Source: an archaeon CG10_big_fil_rev_8_21_14_0_10_43_11
Lineage (GTDB): Archaea; Nanobdellota; Nanobdellia; PEZQ01
Assembly (NCBI GenBank): GCA_002763265.1
Contig: PEZQ01000003.1
Location: 114,112 to 178,111, forward strand
DNA: 64,000 nt
Reading direction: 5' to 3'
The translations under genes were made by a program, and so were the position numbers. Each line of letters starts with the position of its first letter. Position 1 is the first letter of the stretch. The notes below the pieces were generated by a model. That model had not been told where the DNA came from. It did no database searches and saw nothing but the letters and a program-made list of their open reading frames with translations. Below, piece after piece: positions 8,940 to 17,269 of this stretch.

Positions 8940-9692
8940 ATGGAGAATATAGTCTATTACGTTCCGTACGTGATTGGTATTATCTTCATGCTAGCAATTA
9001 TAGCGCACGTTGCCAAGCGAAAACGCCCGCTTCGCCAGCCGGCAGATATTTTGTATTTATCCGCTATTGGCTTACTTATTTTCTGGCAACTCATTGACAT
9101 AGCAAAAATTATGAACACGTCATTTATTCTTGCAGACACGCTTATGATGATGAGAAACTTGGTTATAACACTTGTACTGGTTTTTGTGTACTTATTTACC
9201 ATTGAACTCAAGCGTGAACTTAATGTTATGGATGTTGTGCTTGTGTTTCCTATTCTTCTTTTCACTATCTACTATTCGTTTCAACTCCCTTGGATGAAAG
9301 CGTTTGAGTTTGGCATTATCACGTTTTATGTTCACGCTACTGAGTTTTTCTACTGGCTTTCAATTATTATTCTCATGGGATTGTTCTCAGTCAAAACCCT
9401 TGCCGTACTCTATCAATGGTTTAGCAACAAACACATTCGCTACCGCGTGGTTAACCTCGCTACTATGATTCTTGTTTCAGTTCTTATTGCAATCATTGCA
9501 GACTGGGTGGTGTACCCGTATTTTGTCAAAATCCCGCTGGGCTCAGCGTTTGTAAGTATTATCGTGTTTGCTTCATACGTGCTTGACCAGCGCATGGATG
9601 CGTGTGAAAAACGAAAACAGCCAAAACTAACCTTCAAACGAGACCGCTATCCTGAAAAAGTTGCTGCAGAACGAATCTGCTCATTCTTGTAG
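8940..9692 (+). CDS. polytopic membrane protein, function unknown
   Basis: 250-aa ORF with about 7 hydrophobic helices and no recognisable catalytic motif. Confidence 0.6.
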   Translation: MENIVYYVPYVIGIIFMLAIIAHVAKRKRPLRQPADILYLSAIGLLIFWQLIDIAKIMNTSFILADTLMMMRNLVITLVLVFVYLFTIELKRELNVMDVVLVFPILLFTIYYSFQLPWMKAFEFGIITFYVHATEFFYWLSIIILMGLFSVKTLAVLYQWFSNKHIRYRVVNLATMILVSVLIAIIADWVVYPYFVKIPLGSAFVSIIVFASYVLDQRMDACEKRKQPKLTFKRDRYPEKVAAERICSFL

Positions 9693-9733
9693 AGAAACAA
9701 TCTTTAAGAGTATTGAGTTTGTGTGATTATGCT

Positions 9734-11068
9734 ATGCCTCGCGTTCTACGAGTTGACTGCTACAACCAGGAATATTCTCTTGAGAACACGAAAACGCTTA
9801 CCCCCGCGCGCTTTGGCGTACAAGAACACACCGCGCACAAAACACATAAGTACCACTGGCTTGACGAGCGCGGCATAGTAACACTGGGTGTTGGGCCTTT
9901 GAGCGGGACAAACATCACGCAAGCACAAGATGCAGTGTTCACCATTAAAGAACCGTCAACAAACAAACTTATTGCAACACCGCTTCCTGATTTTTCGCGC
10001 GCACTTCGCTCTGCCCATATTGACTATGTTCTGTTTGAGAAAAAAAGCCCGCGTCCTCTAGTAATTGGTGCATGCTTTAACGGCGAGCTCCACCTCACCT
10101 TCAAACAATTTAGCGATGCGTGGATTGAGCACACGCAAAAAAAAGATGTTACCAATGCACGCACAAGAGTTGCCCGCTTTTTCAAACCGTTCTATAAAGG
10201 TTGCAACACAGTGCAGGGATTTACAAGCGGCAGCGGCGCAAAAACTGGATATGGCAGCGTGGCAAGCACGCAGCACACAAAAAGAGGCGGTGTTGGTTCT
10301 GTTCTCAAGCACGCGCACAATGTGTTTGGTTTTTTTAGCGGTGGCGACTTTGTTGATGAAATATTTGATGAGCTTACTATTAATCGCGTTTATCAGGCAA
10401 CACAGGGATTTCTTGCACATAATTATCCTCAACTTACGCGCGGGCTGGAGCCTGCGTATGCATTTAATAATGCCTATCAAAAAACTCCCCATCACCTGGA
10501 GGCGCTTTGCTCTGATATAAGTTCGTTTGGTGCGTACACGGGATTATGTACTAAAGAAGCAGAATCTCGTGTTCTTGCCCGGATTAATGAGTGCGCGCTT
10601 GACGCCGTGACTGTTCAGCATATCCTTGGCGGTGTAATGCATGCGTACGCGCATAACATGCTCTCACGAGAAGAGTTTGTGCGTGCAGATGTGAACATGA
10701 ATGCAGAAGAATACGCAAAAAATCCCTACTATTACGCAAACGAGCACGCACGCCTTTATGTGCACGTGATTAATGCAATTGAGCAACAAACGCGTCATGG
10801 CCGCATCCTTTCATTGCCCTATAACCATGTCAGAAAAGAAGTTGCCCGCGCATTTGGAATACGCGTGCAATCATACTTTAAGAACTTGCCCTCAACCCCG
10901 TTTTATGATATTATGCGTGCTGAAGGCGGATTGTCAGCAGGGCATAACATGCCTGCAAATACGTTTTCAGAACTGGTTGGAATGAAAGTGTTTCGAAAAA
11001 TTGATTTTGTTGAACATGCAGTTAAAACACGCGAACTTTTTAGTGCATACAATCAAAAAAGCGTGTGA
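9734..11068 (+). CDS. hypothetical protein with weak aldehyde:ferredoxin oxidoreductase (AOR)-like architecture
   Basis: MPRVLRVDCYN...LGVGPLSGTNIT...LRSAHIDYVLFEKKSPRPLVIGA resembles the AOR N-domain. INECALDAVTVQHILGGVMHAY resembles the AOR domain-2 helix. No CxxCxxxC cluster motif was seen. Confidence 0.4.
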   Translation: MPRVLRVDCYNQEYSLENTKTLTPARFGVQEHTAHKTHKYHWLDERGIVTLGVGPLSGTNITQAQDAVFTIKEPSTNKLIATPLPDFSRALRSAHIDYVLFEKKSPRPLVIGACFNGELHLTFKQFSDAWIEHTQKKDVTNARTRVARFFKPFYKGCNTVQGFTSGSGAKTGYGSVASTQHTKRGGVGSVLKHAHNVFGFFSGGDFVDEIFDELTINRVYQATQGFLAHNYPQLTRGLEPAYAFNNAYQKTPHHLEALCSDISSFGAYTGLCTKEAESRVLARINECALDAVTVQHILGGVMHAYAHNMLSREEFVRADVNMNAEEYAKNPYYYANEHARLYVHVINAIEQQTRHGRILSLPYNHVRKEVARAFGIRVQSYFKNLPSTPFYDIMRAEGGLSAGHNMPANTFSELVGMKVFRKIDFVEHAVKTRELFSAYNQKSV

Positions 11069-11076
11069 TACGGGGT

Positions 11077-12261
11077 TTATGCTGTTTCTTTTTTAACCGC
11101 ATCTTTGGCTTCTCTTAGTAGGTTATTCATTGCGCGTCCGTAATTATGATACGCTGATTTTGGCGTGTCATAATGCGAGAAATATTTGTGCACGTCCCCT
11201 TCATTCCACCACTTGTCGCACATGTAATACAAATTATCGCTTGTCTGCAAATGCCGCCATTGCGAGATGAGTTTTGCATTTTTTGTTTGCAAAATCTGCT
11301 TTTCCATACCCTGCACTCGTTTAAAAGATTGTGCCTGCATGTTGTTACCAAGCCACGCACTCACATCGCGTTCCATATCAGCCCATGATATTGCCCAATG
11401 CAAGGGAAGCTCTGCAACTGGCTCATGTTTAGTAACGGCTTCAGTTGGTGTGAGAAATTGCGTGTGAGGATTGCGGTCAACAAAGTAGGGCAGGGCTTTG
11501 AGAAAATGAAAGATGTTGCTCTCTTGCCAGTGGTGTTCGCCAAATGTTTCATAATCCAAGTACACGTTTACCACTTGGCCTGGGTTCACGCCCAACCAGT
11601 GCGAAAACTTTTCAGCAGTAAGAGGCCACTCTTCCCACCATTTACTGCTAAAGCGATAGCCAATATCATCGCTTAAGCGATAATTTCGCAAGAGCACTTT
11701 AATTTTTGAGTCTGGTGTTTTGTACACGTAATTTGGCGAGCGCCATTCCAATATTTTTTCAGTTCCCTCACTAAAAATTCCCTTAAATCCCAGTTTTTCA
11801 GCTTCTCGCGCAGTAGGATTATCAAGAATGAGTTCAGTGTTTCGCATCACTTTGCCAATTGCTTTTGGGCTAAGAAATGATTTGATTGCATCACGATGCA
11901 TGCGCACTTGCTCGCGAAATTCATCTTTATCAGGATAAATTGATGCAAGGGAATGATAGTAGGTTTCTCCAAGAACTTCAACTTGTCCGGTTTGTGCGAT
12001 TCTCTGAAATGATTCAAGCACGTCAGGTCGTTGGCGTTCACACTCTTCAAGAAAAACGCCGCTAATTGACATGCCCATTTTAAAAGATTTTAAATCAGAA
12101 AGCACCTCAAGAAGAATCGCGTTTGTGCGCAAGTACGATTTTTCTGCACACCGGTCAAGCACAATCTTATTGAGACCCTCATCAAAAAGGTGTCCTGACT
12201 GATAGTTTTTAACAATTCTTCGCGGCTGGTGAACATGAAGGTTAAATGTTACATCAGGCAT
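11077..12261 (-). CDS. glycoside hydrolase family 57 (alpha-amylase / glucanotransferase-like)
   Basis: The N-terminus is FNLHVHQPRR, and the DYETFGEHHW and WAISWADMERD regions are typical of GH57. Confidence 0.8.
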   Translation of the reverse strand: MPDVTFNLHVHQPRRIVKNYQSGHLFDEGLNKIVLDRCAEKSYLRTNAILLEVLSDLKSFKMGMSISGVFLEECERQRPDVLESFQRIAQTGQVEVLGETYYHSLASIYPDKDEFREQVRMHRDAIKSFLSPKAIGKVMRNTELILDNPTAREAEKLGFKGIFSEGTEKILEWRSPNYVYKTPDSKIKVLLRNYRLSDDIGYRFSSKWWEEWPLTAEKFSHWLGVNPGQVVNVYLDYETFGEHHWQESNIFHFLKALPYFVDRNPHTQFLTPTEAVTKHEPVAELPLHWAISWADMERDVSAWLGNNMQAQSFKRVQGMEKQILQTKNAKLISQWRHLQTSDNLYYMCDKWWNEGDVHKYFSHYDTPKSAYHNYGRAMNNLLREAKDAVKKETA

Positions 12262-12404
12262 AACGACAGTTAAATGCTCGGTACATTATAAACGTTATTG
12301 CATTTGGATGGGTGATTGCGGGCTTTTAGATTTTTGAAAAAAAATATTCAAACACGCGTGCTTAATAGCAGGATTAATAAACCGGCATTGCACAAATAAA
12401 TGCT

Positions 12405-13193
12405 ATGGATATTGGGGAGAAAACGCGCCTCTCACGGCTTGTAAAAAACAATCGCTCACTTTTTCTTGCTATGGACCAAGGAATTGAACACGGACCTCGC
12501 GATTTTAATGCACAAAACATTGACCCTGACTACGTGCTCAAAATTGCAACAAAAGGGTACACGGGAATTATTCTTCACAAAGGCGTGGTGCTCAAATATT
12601 TTGAAGAGTATGCAGGAAAAGTTCCACTCATTCTCAAGCTCAACGGAAAAACCAGCATTCCCGCAGATGATAAAGATATTATGTCATCACAAATCACCAG
12701 CGTTAAAGATGCAGTCAGGCTTGGCGCGGACGCGGTTGGCTTTACTATTTATGTGGGTGTGGAAGAAGAACCGCTCATGCTCAAACAGTTTGGTCAAGCT
12801 GAGGAGGAAGCGCGCGATTATGGTCTTCCCATTATTGCATGGATGTATCCGCGCGCAAAAAACAAGAGCAATCCTAAAGTGATTCGCTACGCTGCACGCC
12901 TGGGCATGGAGATTGGAGCAGACATGGTCAAAATTCATTACCCTACCTTAAGCGGACTTAGCAGCGTGACACGGGTTGCGCCGCATACGCGCGTGCTCTT
13001 TGCTGGCGGAGAAAAAAAGAGCGACCAGCATGTTCTTGCTATGGCACGAGCTGTTGTTGATGCCGGCGCAGGAGGCATGGCAATTGGCAGAAATGTGTGG
13101 CAGCACAAGACTCCTGATAAGATAAGCAGGGCATTGCAAGCGATTATATTCAAAGATAAAAGCGTTGAAGAAGCGCGCATGCTATTGAAATGA
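12405..13193 (+). CDS. class I fructose-bisphosphate aldolase, archaeal DhnA/FbaB family (ADH-synthase paralog cannot be excluded)
   Basis: Contains LFLAMDQGIEHGP and the Schiff-base lysine context DMVKIHYP. The protein is 262 aa. Confidence 0.85.
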   Translation: MDIGEKTRLSRLVKNNRSLFLAMDQGIEHGPRDFNAQNIDPDYVLKIATKGYTGIILHKGVVLKYFEEYAGKVPLILKLNGKTSIPADDKDIMSSQITSVKDAVRLGADAVGFTIYVGVEEEPLMLKQFGQAEEEARDYGLPIIAWMYPRAKNKSNPKVIRYAARLGMEIGADMVKIHYPTLSGLSSVTRVAPHTRVLFAGGEKKSDQHVLAMARAVVDAGAGGMAIGRNVWQHKTPDKISRALQAIIFKDKSVEEARMLLK

Positions 13194-14509
13194 TACGCTC
13201 ATTTTGGGAGAAAGAATTTAACACACGCCTAAACGGGCTTGTAAAAAAAATAGATATCAGTCCAGTGCTTATTGGTTTTAATGCAAATATTGATGCAATA
13301 AAATATGTCACGCCAAAATTCGTGCAACATCTGCCAAAAAACAAAGATGAAGAAACACACATCAATGATGTAGGAGACCTTGGACGCGGATTAAGACAAA
13401 GCATTAAAACAGGTAAAGCAGAAGAGTGGGAAGTTACTGAAGATGAACCATACAAAAAAATACTTTCATTTCCCTATGATGAACGCCGTATTGGCGGGCA
13501 AGCAGGAATTGTATCACGACTTTTTGCAACCCTTGGCATTGAAAATGTGTTTCTTGTTCAACAACTCTCAAAAGACCTTGCAGACCGTATCAAAGACAAA
13601 CACACCCGCTCGCCAATAGTTAAAAACAACGCGTTCAAACTTGTTTCTCCGCACAACGCATACCAAACTGATGCGCTTACTAAAACAAATTGCATTTTTG
13701 AATTCAAAAAAGGCATGCTTGGCGCGCCGCGTGCAAATCGTTTTATTGTTTCATACCGGCCAAAAGAACTCAAACCCTATCTTGACGAGCACGTTGAAGC
13801 ACACATCGCAGACATTGTCAAAAACTCGACGCGTGCATTCTTTTCAGGCTATTCATGGATAAAATATGAATCAAGAAAAAAAGATTTTACCATTGCACGA
13901 AGACAAATCCGTAAAATGAAGCGCGCAAACAAAGCACTCAAAATTCACCTTGAATTCACCAATATTGAAGAAGCATGGTTAAGAAAAATGACGCTCAACT
14001 ACATTGCAAAAAGCGTGCACAGTCTTGGCATGAATGAGGTTGAATCAATTCTTATTCTAGAATCTCTTGGCAAAAAAAAGCAGGCACGCCACGTGCAGGA
14101 TTCTTTGTTTTCAGCACAAAGCCTGTATGACGCACTGCTTACCATCAAAAAAGCGCTCAATCTTGAGCGCGTGCACGTGCACAATAGCGGATACTACTTG
14201 TGCGTATTTGACAAAACATATAACACTCCAGAACGCGTGCTTTTAGCTCACGAGAACGCGTCGCTTATAACTGGCGCAAAAGCAAAGCTTGGCGTGCTTA
14301 AAGCAAAAAAAGACCTCCTCACAATACGCGATGCGCGCATTGCACAACAGGGTATAACTGCGCTTGGTGAAGTGGATTGCAATCAGGGTATTCGTGAAGA
14401 AAAACATCATTATCTTATTGGTGTGCCAAACAAAGTTCCCTCAAAAGTTGCAAGCACGGTGGGACTTGGCGATACCGTATCATCAATTAGTTTTGTAACA
14501 GACCAATGA
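13190..14509 (+). CDS. ADP-dependent sugar kinase (glucokinase/phosphofructokinase family)
   Basis: RIGGQAGIVSRL and the C-terminal catalytic region STVGLGDTVSS (GxGD) match the ADP-PFK/GK family. The start overlaps the aldolase stop (ATGA). Confidence 0.85.
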   Translation: MIRSFWEKEFNTRLNGLVKKIDISPVLIGFNANIDAIKYVTPKFVQHLPKNKDEETHINDVGDLGRGLRQSIKTGKAEEWEVTEDEPYKKILSFPYDERRIGGQAGIVSRLFATLGIENVFLVQQLSKDLADRIKDKHTRSPIVKNNAFKLVSPHNAYQTDALTKTNCIFEFKKGMLGAPRANRFIVSYRPKELKPYLDEHVEAHIADIVKNSTRAFFSGYSWIKYESRKKDFTIARRQIRKMKRANKALKIHLEFTNIEEAWLRKMTLNYIAKSVHSLGMNEVESILILESLGKKKQARHVQDSLFSAQSLYDALLTIKKALNLERVHVHNSGYYLCVFDKTYNTPERVLLAHENASLITGAKAKLGVLKAKKDLLTIRDARIAQQGITALGEVDCNQGIREEKHHYLIGVPNKVPSKVASTVGLGDTVSSISFVTDQ

Positions 14510-14773
14510 AAAGCATTCATGCAATAGTTCATGGAAACGTGCAAGGTGTTTTCTTTAGGGACAGCGCCAAACAAAAAAGCAGACGAGCTTCAAATCACGG
14601 GATTTGTGAAAAACAAGAAAAACGGCACGGTTGAGGCTGCAGCCCAAGGCAGAGACGAAGCAGTTAACGAATTTGTGTCATGGTTGTATGAAGGACCATC
14701 AGGAGCGCGTGTTACGCGCGTTGAAATGAAAAAACCGGTTTCTGACTCGTTTGAAACATTTGAGATACGCTAG
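14506..14773 (+). CDS. acyP: acylphosphatase, reading frame interrupted by one extra A in an A6 run (14573-14578)
   Basis: The frame from ATG 14506 gives MKSIHAIVHGNVQGVFFRDSAKQK. The next frame gives ADELQITGFVKNKKNGTVEAAAQG...FEIR. Joined, they make an 88-aa canonical acylphosphatase (VxGxVQGVxFR ... GxVxN). Confidence 0.75.
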
Positions 14774-14817
14774 CAGCACATTTTTTAAACCATTACAAAC
14801 TTTTAGAGCAATAGATT

Positions 14818-15867
14818 ATGAGTGTTGAAGAACAAATCAAAGACATTGAAGAAGAGCTTGCACGAACAAAACACAACAAAGCAACTGAACACCATATTGG
14901 AACGCTTCGCGGAAAACTTGCAAAGCTCAAAGAAGAACAAATTAAACGAAGTTCTAAAAGTAAAGGAGAAGGCTATGGTGTTAAAAAAGAAGGAGACAGA
15001 ACCGCAGTTATTGTAGGTTTTCCTTCAGTTGGCAAATCAACACTGCTTAACAAACTCACCAATGCTGAATCAAAAGTTGCTGCTTACGAGTTTACTACGA
15101 TAACTGCAATTCCTGGCATGATGGAGTACAACAACACGCGCATTCAGCTTGTAGACTTGCCCGGAATTATTGAAGAAGCATCTCAAGGCCGGGGTGGGGG
15201 AAAACAAATCATGAGTGTTGCTCGAAATGCTGACCTCATCTTGATTGTTCTTGATGCAACAAAACCGCAACACTTAGCAGTTATCAAAAAAGAATTATAT
15301 GATGCTGGGCTTCGCCTTGATGTTGAAAAACCGAATGTCATGATAAAAAAATTATCAAAAGGCGGTATCAACATTTCATTTACAAAAACACTTACCAAAA
15401 CAAGTGAAGAAACAATCAAAGCATTACTTCGGGAATTTAGACTTTCAAATGCAGAAGTTATTGTCCGCAGTGATATAAGCGAAAGTGAAATGATAGATGC
15501 AATACTTGCAAACCGGCATTATGTCTCATCACTTGTTGTTGTCAACAAAGTTGACATTGCAAAACCCCGCATACCAAATGCAATGTTTATCTCTGCTGAA
15601 AAAGGCAAAGGACTAAACCTGCTTAAACAAAAAATATGGGAGAAACTTGATGTTGTTCGAATATACCCTCGGGAGCCGGGAAAAGAAATTATAAAAAGCA
15701 AACCACTTATTGCGCGAAACGGAATTACCGCAGGTGATGTTGCAAAAAAAATTCGCATCAAAGAATTTCGTTACGCAAAAATTTGGGGGAGCAGCGCAAA
15801 ATTTCAAGGACAAAAAATTGGAGAACAACACAAACTTTGCGACAAAGATATTATCACCTTCTACTAA
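14818..15867 (+). CDS. DRG-family (Obg-like) GTPase with C-terminal TGS domain
   Basis: G1 is GFPSVGKSTLLN and G3 is DLPGIIE. The N-terminal coiled region is KTKHNKATEHHIGTLRGKLAKL, and a TGS-like C-terminus is present. Confidence 0.9.
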   Translation: MSVEEQIKDIEEELARTKHNKATEHHIGTLRGKLAKLKEEQIKRSSKSKGEGYGVKKEGDRTAVIVGFPSVGKSTLLNKLTNAESKVAAYEFTTITAIPGMMEYNNTRIQLVDLPGIIEEASQGRGGGKQIMSVARNADLILIVLDATKPQHLAVIKKELYDAGLRLDVEKPNVMIKKLSKGGINISFTKTLTKTSEETIKALLREFRLSNAEVIVRSDISESEMIDAILANRHYVSSLVVVNKVDIAKPRIPNAMFISAEKGKGLNLLKQKIWEKLDVVRIYPREPGKEIIKSKPLIARNGITAGDVAKKIRIKEFRYAKIWGSSAKFQGQKIGEQHKLCDKDIITFY

Positions 15868-15870
15868 CTA

Positions 15871-15879
15871 TTTTTTTTT
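15871..15879 (+). terminator. oligo-T tract (T9) immediately after the DRG stop codon
   Basis: ctaactaTTTTTTTTTa follows the stop directly. Archaeal intrinsic termination uses oligo-T tracts. Confidence 0.45.
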
Positions 15880-15951
15880 ATGCAACAAGAAGAAACTATT
15901 TAAGTTTAAAGATACATAATACACTTTGCAATATACATATTGTAAGAGGGA

Positions 15952-16200
15952 ATGAAGAAAATGAAAAGCATGTTTTCAAAGCTCAAGGAAAAAATGGGGA
16001 TGAAAAAGGAAGAGAAAAAAGAATTTCTCATTGTAAAACCACGAAAGAAAAAAGCAATAAAGAAGCCCATGAAAAAAGCTGCAAAAAAATCAGTGAAGAA
16101 AAGTGCATCAAAAAAGAAACCGGTCAAGAAAGCAATGAAGAAAAGACCAGTGAAAAAAATGGCTTCAAAAAAGAAATCATCTTCTAGAAAAAAGAAGTAA
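15952..16200 (+). CDS. extremely lysine-rich small basic protein (possible nucleic-acid-binding protein)
   Basis: 82-aa ORF that is nearly half lysine, with repeated xKKxxKK units (KKPMKKAAKKSVKKSASKKKPVKKAMKKRPVKKMASKKK). AGAGGG lies upstream, so the second ATG at 15961 may be the real start. Confidence 0.5.
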   Translation: MKKMKSMFSKLKEKMGMKKEEKKEFLIVKPRKKKAIKKPMKKAAKKSVKKSASKKKPVKKAMKKRPVKKMASKKKSSSRKKK

Positions 16201-16287
16201 CAATTCTTACAAAATTTTTTATTTTTTTTCTTTTCAATTCTTTTGCTGTCTAATGAACCGGTTAAAAAAAAAGAGAAATTTTGAGAA

Positions 16288-17175
16288 TTAGTTTTCGAGA
16301 GCAGCTTCAATTGCCTGTTCAAATACGCTAAATGGTTGCGCGCCTGAGATAAGCTGGTCATTGACATAAAAGCCCGGCGTTCCTGAAATACCCACACTTT
16401 GTCCTGCCTGCATATCTGCTAGTGTTTCAGCAGTCATGCTTCCTGAGTCAAGACACGCATCAAATGCGGCACTGTCAAGTCCAAGGTCTTTTGCGTACTG
16501 TTTGAGACTGGCAACACCAAGTGCGTTCTGGTTCTCAAACAAGGTGTCATGCATTTGCCAAAACATACCTTGTTCGTCAGCACATTCTGCTGCTTCTGCT
16601 GCTTTTTGCGCGTTCTCATGGAAGCTTAACGGGAAATCCCGATACACTAATTTTGCTTTTCCTGTGTTAATGTAGTTTGCCACGATTTGCGGAAGCGTTT
16701 CAGAATAGAAGCGAGCGCAATACGGGCACTGGAAGTCGCTAAACTCAACAATGGTTACTGGCGCCTTTGGGTCTCCTTTTATGGGGTCATCGTCAATGAG
16801 CTGTGCTGCTTTGCTGTTTTGTGGAATGTTTAATTGGTCCACACCAGAACTTAGACCAGTAATTTGTCCATTGATAAGCAGGTTTGCGCCAAAACCCAAC
16901 CCAAGAAATACAAGCGCGACTAACACGTATGCTATGTGGTGTTTTTCAATGTTAATCACAATTTCTTTTTTTGGAGCGTGGGGTTTGTGCTCTTGCTTTG
17001 GCTCTGGATTAAGCGGAGCAGCATGCTTTTTTTCTATGACTTCTTCTCCGTCTTTTGAGTCCGGGGTTTCTTTGCTGTGTGCTTCTTCTTCAATTGGTTC
17101 TTTTTTTTCTTCTTCTAGAGAAACATCTGGCTTTTCTCGAATGATTTCAATTTTTGGTTCGTCTCCCTCATTCAT
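16288..17175 (-). CDS. membrane-anchored DsbA-family thiol:disulfide oxidoreductase
   Basis: The active site is FSDFQCPYCARF and the DsbA-like region is LSFHENAQKAAEAAECA. There is one TM helix (HIAYVLVALVFLGLGF) and an acidic/lysine-rich N-terminus. Confidence 0.85.
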   Translation of the reverse strand: MNEGDEPKIEIIREKPDVSLEEEKKEPIEEEAHSKETPDSKDGEEVIEKKHAAPLNPEPKQEHKPHAPKKEIVINIEKHHIAYVLVALVFLGLGFGANLLINGQITGLSSGVDQLNIPQNSKAAQLIDDDPIKGDPKAPVTIVEFSDFQCPYCARFYSETLPQIVANYINTGKAKLVYRDFPLSFHENAQKAAEAAECADEQGMFWQMHDTLFENQNALGVASLKQYAKDLGLDSAAFDACLDSGSMTAETLADMQAGQSVGISGTPGFYVNDQLISGAQPFSVFEQAIEAALEN

Positions 17176-17269
17176 AGTAACGCATTCTAATAGCGTGGAA
17201 CTATTTAAGAATTATCGTTATCAAACAAAAAGAGAATAAAAAAAAGAAAAGAAAAAGAATTTTTTTTCT

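Noticed and set aside
10058-10520. 145-aa minus-strand and 151-aa plus-strand ORFs overlapping the AOR-like gene
   Set aside because: They overlap a longer ORF with better protein-like composition and have no motifs. They were treated as shadow or alternative-frame ORFs.
15783-16397. Alternative frames across the lysine-rich gene (15783..16187 plus strand, 15906..16397 minus strand)
   Set aside because: The AAG/AAA-rich low-complexity sequence keeps all frames open. The 15952 (or 15961) frame has the cleanest start context and terminator. This choice is still only moderately certain.
16751-17239. 162-aa plus-strand ORF antisense to the first DsbA gene (also 16436..16675, 17301..17627, 17862..18152 and 18177..18557, most of which is antisense to the second DsbA gene)
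   Set aside because: These lie opposite genes with CPYC active sites. Their translations are Ser/Cys/Phe-rich with no motifs. The repeated segments in them simply mirror the DsbA paralog identity tracts.
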